DNA from: a virus
Virus record (IMG/VR): IMGVR_UViG_3300018414_000007
Location: 17,107 to 81,106 of that record
DNA length: 64,000 nucleotides
Strand: one strand, 5' to 3'
In this document: positions 1-9,432 of the stretch, one piece after another
Layout of the letters: the number at the start of each line of letters is the position of its first letter
How positions within the stretch are numbered: the first letter of the stretch is position 1
Made by a program: the position numbers and the translations under genes
The notes under the pieces: model-generated
Database searches by the model: none
What the model was told of the DNA's origin: nothing
What the model saw: the letters and a program-made list of their open reading frames with translations, nothing else

Positions 1-1528
1 CTACAGATTGAGATAAAGTCATATCAACTCCAGCAAACTGATTAAAGTTTGATGTCTGTCCTTGGAATTTACCTTTACCTTCTTCAAATGAGTTTATGAA
101 TGCTATACCAGCTGTATCAAAGTAATACATCCATTTATCAATATCTATACCTTGTGATCTAGGAATTTGTGCAATATCCATAATCATCTTCTTACCTTTA
201 GCTTTAGCTATCTCAAGTTCCATTCTATACATGATGATGTTGTATAGATATTGGTGATGTTTAACTAAGTCTACTAAAGAAGTTGGTTGAGAGTTTCTAC
301 CATTAGATACTGCTCCTACAAATCCAAGTTTACAAAGACTAGGATTATCTATAGTTCTATATTGAATACTCTTAGGTCTAATTCTTGTATAAATAGCTTG
401 ACCTATTTTAGTACCTTCCCATACTTCAGATATCCAAATCCATTCTACAGTTTCTCCATTTTCCTTTACAGGTTTATATGTTTCATCTACTATAGTTTCA
501 GACTTCTCAAGTGTTTGTGGATCATAAGTAGTTAGATAACCTATTTTTCTCATAGACTTCCATTCTACTCTTGTAACTCTTACATAACCACTTCTATGAG
601 TATTATCAAAGCTTGGTCTAGTATAAGAGATAGGAACAATAGGACCAGTAGCTGGACCCATAGGCATTCTAGTTTGACCTGCTACACCTGTTGTACCACT
701 GTCTATTGCAGTTATATCATCCTCTGATAGATCACTACCATAAGTATCTATAACTTCACTAGGAGTACAATACTTAGTATGAGCTCCCCATTGAGAGTCT
801 TCAATAAAGTCTTTATCTGGGTTTTTATCATAATCAAAATCTAATGGATTAACTACTTCACAAATAGGTTCACCATTTTCAATACCAACATAGTAGAACT
901 CTTCAGAAGTAATTAAACTATCTTTAAATCCTTTATTAAATTTATATTCTAGATTTTGTTGTTTTACAAGATATTCAGCTATTCTATTAGCTGTTACTTC
1001 TCTCATATCATTTAGAGAGTATGTAGAGTAATCCTGTAATTGTTTTGGAGTTTGTTGTTGAGGAGGATTAGGATTTTGTATATTAACTCCTTGTTGTTGT
1101 AACTGTCCTACTAGTTCTTGTTCTAAGAAGTCTAGTACTAGTTCTTTCTTTTTATCTTCTATCTGAGATACTGCATCTTCATTTACAGCAACTACTCTAA
1201 AGTTAAAAGGACGCTTAATTTCTTCTCCTTCTAAAAGTTTTAGTTTAGGAGTAATGATATTATAGTTTTGTAACTTAGCTGGAAACTCTTCTTTTAATCC
1301 ATATGGATTAGTAATGTATCTCCAGTCTTCAGGATCTATAATAGAGTTATATAAATCATAATTGATCTTTTTCTTTTGAAAAGAGTTATATCCTACACTT
1401 AATGAGTGTGAAGTAGATAGTCCAATAATGAAGTCTACATTTTGCTTTCCCCACTCTTCATCCTTTTTTGATCTAGGAAGTTTCTGTCTTGGAAAGGAAT
1501 ATGGTAAATTATAATTTATATCTGACAT
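1..1528 (-). CDS. Portal protein (crAss-like), runs off the left edge of the window
   Basis: Not in the ORF track. Read by hand from ATG at 1528: MSDINYNLPYSFPRQKLPRSKKDEEWGK...KINYDLYN...PAKLQNYNIITPKLKLLEGEEIKRPFNFRVVAVNEDAVS, the typical crAss-like portal N-terminus. Directly downstream of TerL. Confidence 0.9.
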   Translation of the reverse strand, partial: MSDINYNLPYSFPRQKLPRSKKDEEWGKQNVDFIIGLSTSHSLSVGYNSFQKKKINYDLYNSIIDPEDWRYITNPYGLKEEFPAKLQNYNIITPKLKLLEGEEIKRPFNFRVVAVNEDAVSQIEDKKKELVLDFLEQELVGQLQQQGVNIQNPNPPQQQTPKQLQDYSTYSLNDMREVTANRIAEYLVKQQNLEYKFNKGFKDSLITSEEFYYVGIENGEPICEVVNPLDFDYDKNPDKDFIEDSQWGAHTKYCTPSEVIDTYGSDLSEDDITAIDSGTTGVAGQTRMPMGPATGPIVPISYTRPSFDNTHRSGYVRVTRVEWKSMRKIGYLTTYDPQTLEKSETIVDETYKPVKENGETVEWIWISEVWEGTKIGQAIYTRIRPKSIQYRTIDNPSLCKLGFVGAVSNGRNSQPTSLVDLVKHHQYLYNIIMYRMELEIAKAKGKKMIMDIAQIPRSQGIDIDKWMYYFDTAGIAFINSFEEGKGKFQGQTSNFNQFAGVDMTLSQSV

Positions 1529-1546
1529 TAAGAAATAATAATTTTA

Positions 1547-1578
1547 CAAAATTAATCAATTTATTTTGAATTTCCAAA
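1547..1578 (-). promoter_or_regulatory. Bacteroidota primary-sigma promoter upstream of portal
   Basis: Minus strand TTTG-N20-TAATTTTG matches the -33/-7 consensus TTTG/TAnnTTTG. Confidence 0.7.
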
Positions 1579-3783
1579 TTAATAATATTGAGGCTTTCTA
1601 TTTACAAATAATTGTCTAGTAAAAAAGTTATCAACTTCATCAACATCTAACTGAGGTTCTTCTACTTGGATCTTGTGCATTTCCAAATCTTGCATCATTA
1701 CAAGCATAAAAGCAATGACTCTATCAAAGTTACCATCTTTATTATAACCTATTAATTCTTTTAATAGAGGTATACTAGGTATCTTAGTTAATTGTAATTT
1801 CCCTGGTTCTAATTCAGTCTTTAACCAATCTCTAGTCATAATCTCTATAGCATCTTTTATTTGGTTAGTCATGTGAGTACCAAATACTCTATCTACTTTA
1901 GTATTAGGAGATATAGACTTTATAATAGCAGGTTGTCTACAAAGTAAATGTAAACTATTCTTTGTTTCAAAATAAGCTTTAATTCCTGGAGTTTGATTTT
2001 CATACAATGCTTGTGCATTATAATACTCTAGTAATCTTCTACACTGTTCATAGAAATCACTAGCAAATTCTGGTCTACCAGTGTATTCAGCTACAAGTGT
2101 ATGATAAGTTTGGTCTGCATTAACAAATCTTTTATATATCATTATAGAACCCATAGAAGAAGAGCTATCAGCTTGATCTTGGTCTATACTATCTATACCA
2201 GCTATATATGTACCATATTGAGGATTCTCAATAGGTTGTTCCCATATTACTACAGCTCCTCTAGGATCTTTAGAATACTTAGTAGGATAGTCACAAGGAG
2301 TTAAATCATGGTCTACTTTAAACATAGCTTTACCATTTTCATCTCTTTGCATCCAACCAGTAGCACCTAATTCTTTTAATCTTCTATTAGATTCTATATT
2401 AGCTAGATGTTCTTTTAGTTCAGCTGTAGGGAATATATTACCTTGTTGTACTAAAAATGCTTCAGATGGAACTACTGGTCTATTCTGTAACTCATCATAT
2501 AGAGGTTGTTTACTTCTACCATTAGCTAGTTTAACTCTTTCATTCTCTAAGAACTTTCTAGCTTGAACTTCATCAGTAACTCCTTCATCATTCTTAAACT
2601 GATTAAGAGTTTTCCAAGCAGGTACAAAATAACCTATCTTACCTTTGTTTTCATACTCATCTTCAAATACTAAACAATCATAAGGTTCAGGATGGTAGAA
2701 CACTTCTTTAACAGCTTCAGTACTACCTCCAGCCATATCACCACCTGTACCAAACATCCATATAGTACCAAACTTTTCTGAACCATTCATAGTACATTCT
2801 TTTAATTGACCTAGAGCTAATAAGAGATTACCCATAAAACCAATCTCTTCTAAAGCTACAAATCCTGGTCTTGTTCCATTGGCAGCCATAGGATTGTCTG
2901 CAAATGACCTATGATGAATCATAGACTTCGACCCTTTCTTTACCCAGTTATTACCTATCTTTTGATCATACTCAGCTACAACAGTTTTACCAGATTCCCA
3001 AGAGCCTGAGAATTTCTTTAAGAAAGGAGCAGGATAATATCTATCACCTAACTCCATTCCACCAGTAAGATTCTCTAGTCCTAGTCTAACTTTCTTAAGT
3101 AAACCAGAACTATATTTAGTATCAATAGCTCCTACTAGAGTTTCACTCTTAGCTTCTTTTAAATCACTATAAGAGAATACTCCATCATGTAAGAAGTTCC
3201 AAGCTATAAGATTAGCTGCAAAGAAAGATTTACCACCACCTCTAGCTTCTATATCAACAACATTCTTAGCATTGTTATACATAAGAGGTCTACCAAGATC
3301 TTCTTTATGATTCCATCTTAAGTAGTCTCTAGCTTCAACATAATTAACTGGAACATATCTTTTAGGTAAACTACGAGCTTCTCCTAATCTAATATCATCC
3401 CAAGGTTCTATCTGAATTTGTTTACATTCAAACTCATCATAGAATAACATTGTATCTTTTAATGACCTATCACAAGTATTGTAATGGTCATATTCAAAAC
3501 CAGAGAAACCTCTAGCTTCCATAAAAAGATATCCTTTCTCCCATTCTAAATCTCTGAGGAAAGGATGATCTATTACCTTATTTTTACTATTCTTAGTTTT
3601 ATTTAATTCTATCTTCCAATGGTTAATGTATTGATATACAGGTCCAGGCATATACTTACCACCAGACCAATAACCTTCAATACATCTCCTTCTCTCCTCT
3701 TTCCAGAAAGTTCTATAGTCTAAACTGAGAGGATTTAACTTCTCAATCTTTTGTTTGAAATTAGAATTAGATACATAACTCAT
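1579..3783 (-). CDS. terL: Terminase large subunit
   Basis: Walker A-like EARGGGKS, Walker B VALEEIG, motif III FGTGG, RNase H-like nuclease YIAGIDSID and C-terminal GNFDRVIAFM. Adjacent to portal. Confidence 0.95.
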   Translation of the reverse strand: MSYVSNSNFKQKIEKLNPLSLDYRTFWKEERRRCIEGYWSGGKYMPGPVYQYINHWKIELNKTKNSKNKVIDHPFLRDLEWEKGYLFMEARGFSGFEYDHYNTCDRSLKDTMLFYDEFECKQIQIEPWDDIRLGEARSLPKRYVPVNYVEARDYLRWNHKEDLGRPLMYNNAKNVVDIEARGGGKSFFAANLIAWNFLHDGVFSYSDLKEAKSETLVGAIDTKYSSGLLKKVRLGLENLTGGMELGDRYYPAPFLKKFSGSWESGKTVVAEYDQKIGNNWVKKGSKSMIHHRSFADNPMAANGTRPGFVALEEIGFMGNLLLALGQLKECTMNGSEKFGTIWMFGTGGDMAGGSTEAVKEVFYHPEPYDCLVFEDEYENKGKIGYFVPAWKTLNQFKNDEGVTDEVQARKFLENERVKLANGRSKQPLYDELQNRPVVPSEAFLVQQGNIFPTAELKEHLANIESNRRLKELGATGWMQRDENGKAMFKVDHDLTPCDYPTKYSKDPRGAVVIWEQPIENPQYGTYIAGIDSIDQDQADSSSSMGSIMIYKRFVNADQTYHTLVAEYTGRPEFASDFYEQCRRLLEYYNAQALYENQTPGIKAYFETKNSLHLLCRQPAIIKSISPNTKVDRVFGTHMTNQIKDAIEIMTRDWLKTELEPGKLQLTKIPSIPLLKELIGYNKDGNFDRVIAFMLVMMQDLEMHKIQVEEPQLDVDEVDNFFTRQLFVNRKPQYY

Positions 3784-3983
3784 TACTGTTTAAAATAACC
3801 TGATGGTACATGGAGTGTTGTGACTATTTCTATATTACTATCATCTTCTTTATAGTACATACTAAGGTCTCCTTTTTCAGTATCATCTATAAACTCTGTT
3901 TTAAAATTAGTAGGCATCTTATAATTAATATCTTCCTTTATAATTTGTACAAAGTCTTCTGGTAATTTTAGTTCTTTTTCCAT
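3783..3983 (-). CDS. Hypothetical protein (66 aa, likely start MEKELK)
   Basis: The ATG at 3983 avoids overlap with the upstream gene and fits the tight operon packing. Confidence 0.6.
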   Translation of the reverse strand: MEKELKLPEDFVQIIKEDINYKMPTNFKTEFIDDTEKGDLSMYYKEDDSNIEIVTTLHVPSGYFKQ

Positions 3984-3984
3984 A

Positions 3985-4515
3985 TTATATATCTTCACTA
4001 TCTGCAAGTGACAACTCATGTCCACCTTTAGTTGCACCTACATTCTTTTCTTTACTTAATTCTTCTTGTATAATTTTAAATGTCTTAAATATCTTTTCAG
4101 TACCTACAGACATTTTATCTATCTTATCAAAGTTATCTAAATCATATTCAGTATCTCTGAGGAACTTAGTTCTTTTATCTAGAGTTTCTAACCACTGTCT
4201 TAAGTGTCTTTTAGCTGGAGTATCTACAAGTTTCATAATCATTTCTATAGCAGGATTAATCATCTTAAGATTCTTATTATAGAAATCTTTATCTTTAAGA
4301 TAATCTTTACCTACTATAGAAACTCTTTCTTCTAGTTCTAAATTATAGAATCTAGAATCTAAATCAAAGCAAGCTACTATAAACCACATAACATCAGATG
4401 ACTTAGTTTTAAACTCTTTCTGTATAGTCTTAAACTCTTCAATCTTTTTAAACTCTGGATACATTTCCCAGAAGTTATACTCAGGATCTATAATATTAAA
4501 TACTTTGTCTGTCAT
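3985..4515 (-). CDS. Hypothetical protein upstream of TerL (candidate small terminase)
   Basis: 176-aa helical ORF in the packaging operon. Function inferred from position only. Confidence 0.55.
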   Translation of the reverse strand: MTDKVFNIIDPEYNFWEMYPEFKKIEEFKTIQKEFKTKSSDVMWFIVACFDLDSRFYNLELEERVSIVGKDYLKDKDFYNKNLKMINPAIEMIMKLVDTPAKRHLRQWLETLDKRTKFLRDTEYDLDNFDKIDKMSVGTEKIFKTFKIIQEELSKEKNVGATKGGHELSLADSEDI

Positions 4516-4711
4516 TCTTATTCTTTATGTAGTTTTCAACTCTTCTAGGTTTGACACCAAATACACCTAAATGATGTAATCTAATTGCTTGAAATTCTCC
4601 TTGCTCCATAGTATCTCTAACAAATTCAAATTGAGATCTAATCACCCTTTCAATTACTTCTTCATCTAGATTATATTTACTCGCTAGAACTGTTAGTATC
4701 TTCTGATTCAT
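4496..4711 (-). CDS. IHF/HU-like DNA-binding protein
   Basis: LASKYNLDEEVIERVIRSQFEFVRDTMEQG...IRLHHLGVFGVK resembles the HU/IHF helices plus beta-arm start. Such genes are typical next to TerL in crAss-like phages. Confidence 0.7.
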   Translation of the reverse strand: MNQKILTVLASKYNLDEEVIERVIRSQFEFVRDTMEQGEFQAIRLHHLGVFGVKPRRVENYIKNKNDRQSI

Positions 4712-4982
4712 TTTGATGTCTTTTAATATAATCTTTTAAATCAGTAAATGAAGTCTCTCCAATATGACTAATCATAAATGTAACTCTATTACCTTCTGAA
4801 TCTACACAACTCTTCCAGATTCTTTTATAATCTATTCCTTTAGTAATTGCACTATATCCTAAGTATAAGTAATCTGTTTTACTTAATGGATAAATAAGTG
4901 TATCATATTTTTTAGCATAAGGAGATTTCTTTTTTGCTGGTTTAAATCCAATGCTAATTATTTGTTCTCTTGTAATGGACAT
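4677..4982 (-). CDS. Hypothetical protein
   Basis: 101-aa ORF in a contiguous operon. Confidence 0.6.
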   Translation of the reverse strand: MSITREQIISIGFKPAKKKSPYAKKYDTLIYPLSKTDYLYLGYSAITKGIDYKRIWKSCVDSEGNRVTFMISHIGETSFTDLKDYIKRHQNESEDTNSSSE

Positions 4983-4983
4983 A

Positions 4984-5184
4984 TTAATCCTTTAATTTAA
5001 TTCTAAGTTTTAATGTATATTTATTATTCTTAACTATAATTTCTTTATCTAGAAACTCATAAGCATCTTCTCTATCTAGATAATTAGTAAGAGTCTTAAT
5101 CATAGTATTCTCTCTATCAAATAACTCATCAAGTGAATTGTAACTAATTGTTATTATTTTTATATATTCTTTTGTATCTTCCAT
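4984..5184 (-). CDS. Hypothetical protein
   Basis: 66-aa ORF with 1-2 nt spacing to its neighbours. Confidence 0.6.
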   Translation of the reverse strand: MEDTKEYIKIITISYNSLDELFDRENTMIKTLTNYLDREDAYEFLDKEIIVKNNKYTLKLRIKLKD

Positions 5185-5186
5185 TA

Positions 5187-5576
5187 TTAATCTTGTATTG
5201 TAAATTTAAATTCATTAATATACTCTGTACCTACCTCTGGTATCTGTACAAATAATCTAGGATTAATTGTAAGAGCTCTTACATTATCATCTGTTTCTCT
5301 TTTAACAAATACACCTTTATCTGTTAAAGATTTGATGTAGTTATTTAAATTATAGATAGAAATGCCCAATGCCTCTGCTATGATTTTACGGTTAGCAGAG
5401 GAGAAGGTAATAGCTTCTTGTTGATTGGGTGTCAACTCATTGGGAAGACTAGCTAGTGTATTTGTGAAGTGCACTAAGATTGCTAGTTCTTGTTTGGATA
5501 GATTGAGTATAAAGTTTATTGATTTGTAGAAATTTGTATAAAAATCTTTTCTACTAATTGTTTTTTTAAATATCAT
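5187..5576 (-). CDS. Winged HTH protein (RepL/MarR-like)
   Basis: NLSKQELAIL...RKIIAEALGISIYNLNNYIKSLTDKGVF...INPRLF shows a wHTH pattern with a RepL-like INP motif. Confidence 0.7.
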   Translation of the reverse strand: MIFKKTISRKDFYTNFYKSINFILNLSKQELAILVHFTNTLASLPNELTPNQQEAITFSSANRKIIAEALGISIYNLNNYIKSLTDKGVFVKRETDDNVRALTINPRLFVQIPEVGTEYINEFKFTIQD

Positions 5577-5594
5577 ATTTATATTTTAACTTTG

Positions 5595-5668
5595 TAGCGG
5601 GAGTTTGACTCGAACAAACAATACTTAGGATAATGAAACCTACCAGCCTACCCAGGCTTGTTCCCGCA
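5595..5668 (-). tRNA. Degenerate tRNA(CAT), initiator-Met-like
   Basis: Minus strand TGCGGGA-AC-AAGC..GCTG-G-TAGGT TT CAT TA TCCTA-AGTATT-GTTTG TTCGAGT CAAAC-TCCCGCT-A. Mismatches at 1:72 and 31:39; no encoded CCA. Confidence 0.7.
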
Positions 5669-5829
5669 ATATTTAAAGTAAGCTCCTGCTCCTGGATAAA
5701 GGAATTAAGCAGTATTTGCTGCACTTACTTATTAATTTTATTTATCTTTCTTTAGACCTGTGTATAATGCTAGTATAAATAAACCTCCACCTACTCCAAC
5801 AAATACACACAGTTCTAAAAGATGTTCCA

Positions 5830-6111
5830 TTACAAATTTTCTATTAGTTCAATTAATTTCTTTTCAGCTCTTTCTCTAGCTTTATCCATTAAAATTGGAA
5901 CTTGGGTATTACCTAAGAATTTTTTCTTCCCAATATTAATTGGATCTGATTCATATTCTGGCATAAGTATCATTGTACCTAATGCTTTAACTACTGCTTC
6001 AACTTCTTGTGGAGATGAGTGTCTTATATAATTTGATGGTACTGTTCCTTGGTATACACCACTAAATGAATCACTTTTCATACTTTCTATTGCTATTTCT
6101 TTTCCTGCCAT
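5830..6111 (-). CDS. Hypothetical protein
   Basis: 93-aa ORF on the coding strand of this block. Confidence 0.6.
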   Translation of the reverse strand: MAGKEIAIESMKSDSFSGVYQGTVPSNYIRHSSPQEVEAVVKALGTMILMPEYESDPINIGKKKFLGNTQVPILMDKARERAEKKLIELIENL

Positions 6112-6192
6112 AATTCTTCTTTTAAATCTTCTAAGAATTTCTTCTTAGCTTTTTCTGTTTTTAATTCTAAATATATATCTAATTCTTTATCT

Positions 6193-6774
6193 TTAAGCAA
6201 TCTCTTTGAGTGGTAAACCACTTTGTTTTCTAACTTCATCTACTGTTACTAAGTACTGAATGTACTTCTTTTTATTTACATCTGCTGTATTAGGCATTAA
6301 ATAAGCTTGTATAATATCATTACCAAACTTAATTACTTTCCAACAGAATGTAGGTATAACAAACTTACTCTCTATTAATCCTTGATTACCAAAACTACCA
6401 CACCATACTTCTACTTGTTTATCTTCTAATGCTAGAGCTCTAGTATCTTCTTCTAAAGCTTTCCAAGTAATCCTATTTAAGTGAGGATGTTGAGGAGCCA
6501 TATTAGTATAATAGAAAGATTCATCTTCGTCTTCTTTATTATCTTCACTATCCTTTGCAGGACAATTATGACCTCTATCCCATTCACTACTATTCCATAC
6601 TTGATCTACTTCTTGTAGTTCTGGATCAGCTTTAAAGTCATCTGCTCTTTCTACACTTGTAGAACCAGGAGTTAGCTCTTCTTTAGTTTCTATCCAATGT
6701 ACTAATATAGGATAATGCAGATCAGTATCATAGTTAGTAGTATAATGATTATGTTGTATTATTACTATTCCCAT
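6193..6774 (-). CDS. DNA/RNA non-specific endonuclease (NucA/EndoG beta-beta-alpha-Me family)
   Basis: WDRGHNCPA, ESFYYTNMAPQHPHLNRITWKALE and IPTFCWKVI motifs. Confidence 0.92.
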   Translation of the reverse strand: MGIVIIQHNHYTTNYDTDLHYPILVHWIETKEELTPGSTSVERADDFKADPELQEVDQVWNSSEWDRGHNCPAKDSEDNKEDEDESFYYTNMAPQHPHLNRITWKALEEDTRALALEDKQVEVWCGSFGNQGLIESKFVIPTFCWKVIKFGNDIIQAYLMPNTADVNKKKYIQYLVTVDEVRKQSGLPLKEIA

Positions 6775-6775
6775 A

Positions 6776-7399
6776 TTATAATTTACTTAAGTCTGTACCA
6801 TTAAAATAATCTAAATCAAACTCACCACCTATTTCTTTACCATCAATAGTACCATACTGACTATACTGCCAGAAATCCCATTTAGAATAACCTTTAGGTA
6901 ATCCAGGTTCAGTCTTTTGATAAGAAGCTAACCATAGATAGTTATTAGGCCAAGCCATATTATTTAGATACTCAGCAAAGAAGTTTTTATAACTATAGAT
7001 AACTACTTTCCTTTTTGTTGCTGCTTGTACTAAATCTATCCATTCATCTATTAATTGGATGAATCCTTGTTTATTTTTAGTTATTTCAATATTTAAATCT
7101 GCTGGTACTTGATCTTCTACATCTAGCATAGGAGGAAGTACATTTGGTTTAGAGAAATCAATATCTAAACTTAAGAAGTTATCAGCTTGAGATTTAGCAT
7201 CTGCATTAACTGTTAAGAAGTGATAAGCTCCTCTATATATATCTTTAGTCTTTAAGTATTGCCAATAAGTATTAAACTTAGGATCTCTAAAACCATTTCC
7301 TTGTGTAGCTTTACAATAGACAAACTTAATGTTTGGATCCAGCTTAGTAAAGTCTACTGTATTATTGTGACTAATGTCTATTCCTTTTATATAACTCAT
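6776..7399 (-). CDS. Endolysin, glycoside hydrolase family 25 muramidase
   Basis: GIDISH, KATQG, RGAYHF, LPPMLDVE, WDFWQYS and DLDYF motifs. Confidence 0.93.
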   Translation of the reverse strand: MSYIKGIDISHNNTVDFTKLDPNIKFVYCKATQGNGFRDPKFNTYWQYLKTKDIYRGAYHFLTVNADAKSQADNFLSLDIDFSKPNVLPPMLDVEDQVPADLNIEITKNKQGFIQLIDEWIDLVQAATKRKVVIYSYKNFFAEYLNNMAWPNNYLWLASYQKTEPGLPKGYSKWDFWQYSQYGTIDGKEIGGEFDLDYFNGTDLSKL

Positions 7400-7400
7400 A

Positions 7401-7577
7401 TTACTCTTTTATTCCATATTTTTCTTCTGCAATCTTTTTAAATCTTTCTACTAACTCTGTATCAGTAGGATTTAAACTCTCTTGCTTCTTTAGTATCTCT
7501 TGCATATAAGCTAGAGCTCTACCATTACTCCTTAACTGACTTTTACCTCTAGTCTTTCCAAATAAATTTCTACTCAC
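7401..7577 (-). CDS. Small basic hypothetical protein (58 aa)
   Basis: Read by hand from GTG: MSRNLFGKTRGKSQLRSNGRALAYMQE...YGIKE*. Fills the gap between neighbouring genes. Confidence 0.55.
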   Translation of the reverse strand: MSRNLFGKTRGKSQLRSNGRALAYMQEILKKQESLNPTDTELVERFKKIAEEKYGIKE

Positions 7578-7784
7578 CTAATTAATTATAAAATCTTTAT
7601 ATCTTTTTCTAACTATATCTGAAGCTTTCTTTTCAGACATCTTAGAAGCATTCATTAAATCTATTACCTCATTATCATAACTCTGATAGATTCCTAGAAG
7701 TTGATTAATAATAATATTCATATCATAATCATTTATAGGAAGATTCTCATTCTTCATAACAAGATAGAATCCATCTTGAATCAT
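7578..7784 (-). CDS. Hypothetical protein
   Basis: 68-aa ORF coupled to the upstream gene. Confidence 0.55.
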   Translation of the reverse strand: MIQDGFYLVMKNENLPINDYDMNIIINQLLGIYQSYDNEVIDLMNASKMSEKKASDIVRKRYKDFIIN

Positions 7785-8161
7785 TATACTAGTCTACAAG
7801 GTATATCCAAATCTTCACTAAGGTAATAAGCAGCACATACTCTATGATATCCATCTGCAATAATTAAAGTATCATTAGAACCTCTTACTAACAGTACTGG
7901 TGATAACTTCTTACCTTTATTTACCTTCTTTATATTCTCTTTAACATGTTGATTAGAACTAGGTAGCAATTCTAGCTTACTAGCTCTTAGTATATCTTTA
8001 GCTTTCTTCTTTATAGTTCTAGTAGTCTTAAGATACTCAACAATTACATCTACAACTTCAGATTCTTTAATTAACTCTAAATAATCTGCAGCAGCAGGAT
8101 AATCATGTTCCTCTGGGTCTTTTAACCAAATACTTTTATTCCTTTTTAATTCCTTTGACAT
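7784..8161 (-). CDS. Stand-alone ParB/Srx-like domain protein
   Basis: LSPVLLVR...LIIADGYHRVCAA is the ParB/Srx GxHR motif. Confidence 0.75.
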   Translation of the reverse strand: MSKELKRNKSIWLKDPEEHDYPAAADYLELIKESEVVDVIVEYLKTTRTIKKKAKDILRASKLELLPSSNQHVKENIKKVNKGKKLSPVLLVRGSNDTLIIADGYHRVCAAYYLSEDLDIPCRLV

Positions 8162-8294
8162 CTAATAATCTTTTTAAAAAATCTATCAACATAGATCTTT
8201 CTATTTCCATTCTAGGAGATATATTACTATCACTAATAACAATATATTCTTTTTCTAGAATAACTTTATCATCTATACTTAATTTAATAATCAT
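8136..8294 (-). CDS. Hypothetical protein (likely start MIIKLSIDD)
   Basis: ATG at 8294. The tracked TTG start lies inside a structured leader. Confidence 0.45.
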   Translation of the reverse strand: MIIKLSIDDKVILEKEYIVISDSNISPRMEIERSMLIDFLKRLLDVKGIKKE

Positions 8295-8326
8295 AATATT
8301 AATAATAGAGAGGTTTCCCCATTTAT

Positions 8327-8450
8327 AGGACAACCTTGGCTTAACTAGTCTTAGAAGCAGTCATACCTCTCAAAACCCATAATGATTGGGGCATCTCTAT
8401 CAACCTTTTAGCCTTATTCCAATCCAACTAATCCTAGTTAAGTTGCTCTT
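8327..8450 (-). ncRNA. Candidate structured RNA or 5' leader
   Basis: 9-bp CTTAACTAG/CTAGTTAAG stem (8340-8348/8434-8442) enclosing GATTGG/CCAATC and an AGAGGTA-TGAC-TGCTTCT hairpin, right after a promoter. Confidence 0.45.
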
Positions 8451-8460
8451 TATATAAGTA

Positions 8461-8492
8461 CAAATGTAAGTAAAATAAATGACAATTCCAAA
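8461..8492 (-). promoter_or_regulatory. Bacteroidota primary-sigma promoter
   Basis: TTTG-N20-TACATTTG on the minus strand. Confidence 0.72.
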
Positions 8493-8493
8493 T

Positions 8494-8871
8494 TTATTTT
8501 ATTATATTTTTATTATATTCTAATAGAACTGTTTTATCTATTATATTAATCATCCAGTCTAATAACTCAAATGGTTCTACACATTCTTCTATAAATAAAA
8601 CTCTAGGCAGTATACCATTTAATCTATCTTCTTTCCACATTTTAATATGAAGATTAATACTACCCTTTGTTTTTAAAAGTGTTCTTAGTAAATTAGGATG
8701 TTTAGTAGGCTTTAACTTTCCTTGTGAATCAAATAAAAAGAAAGCCTTTTTACCATCTATTCCTTTAGTATCATACTCTATATCTCTATCTAATCTACCA
8801 TCAAAATCAAATGTGTGTCTAAACTTTAAATACCAATTAAAGTCTCTATTGAAGTTATCACTATACTTCAT
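8494..8871 (-). CDS. Hypothetical protein
   Basis: 125-aa ORF, first gene downstream of the promoter at 9000. Confidence 0.65.
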   Translation of the reverse strand: MKYSDNFNRDFNWYLKFRHTFDFDGRLDRDIEYDTKGIDGKKAFFLFDSQGKLKPTKHPNLLRTLLKTKGSINLHIKMWKEDRLNGILPRVLFIEECVEPFELLDWMINIIDKTVLLEYNKNIIK

Positions 8872-8999
8872 AAAAAATTTTAAAAATTTTAAAAAAATGT
8901 TTGTGGTTAATCTTTATATCTACCCTATTATCATTACCCCATCCTAACATTTGACCTGATTATACCGGGTTGTTTCTTATTAGGTGGAAGTGATTTCTG

Positions 9000-9031
9000 C
9001 AAATATAAGAATTCTTTTTTACAATTGCAAA
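9000..9031 (-). promoter_or_regulatory. Bacteroidota primary-sigma promoter at the strand switch
   Basis: TTTG-N20-TATATTTG on the minus strand. Confidence 0.72.
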
Positions 9032-9066
9032 TTAATCAATTAAATAATTACTCAAACATTAAACAC

Positions 9067-9384
9067 ATGAACAAGATTAAATCTTTATTTGTTTTCAACA
9101 AGGTTGATAACAATGGTAATGCAAGGACAGTTGCTTGCATCAATGGTGATACATTCATCAATGCTAAATGGTTAGCAAGTCAAACTGAATTAACTATTGC
9201 TTCATTACCACTATTGGTAGGTAGTAGCATAGAAGTTGAATACTTTGTTGAAGGTGAAGTATTGCAAGCTGCAGAAGGTGATATAGCTGAAAAGCTTTGC
9301 ACCAAGAATAATACTATAGTTAAAAGCTTTAGTGTTGAGTACAGCATTGCACTTACAGTTGCTAAAATGTATAAAGCTGCATAA
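9067..9384 (+). CDS. Early hypothetical protein (MNKIKSLF..., 105 aa)
   Basis: ATG at 9067 follows the recurrent AATTAATCAA...TTACTCAAAC leader. Confidence 0.7.
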   Translation: MNKIKSLFVFNKVDNNGNARTVACINGDTFINAKWLASQTELTIASLPLLVGSSIEVEYFVEGEVLQAAEGDIAEKLCTKNNTIVKSFSVEYSIALTVAKMYKAA

Positions 9385-9399
9385 TGATGCAATTAACAT

Positions 9400-9432
9400 T
9401 AGGAATAAGTGTCATAGTGATGCTTATTCCTA
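9400..9432 (+). other. 15-bp hairpin (processing or termination site)
   Basis: TAGGAATAAGTGTCA-TAG-TGATGCTTATTCCTA just after a stop codon. Confidence 0.55.

Noticed and set aside
8871-8900. AAAAATTTT tandem run as a replication origin or genome end
   Set aside because: It is at the strand switch, but is too short and low-complexity to support a call from sequence alone.
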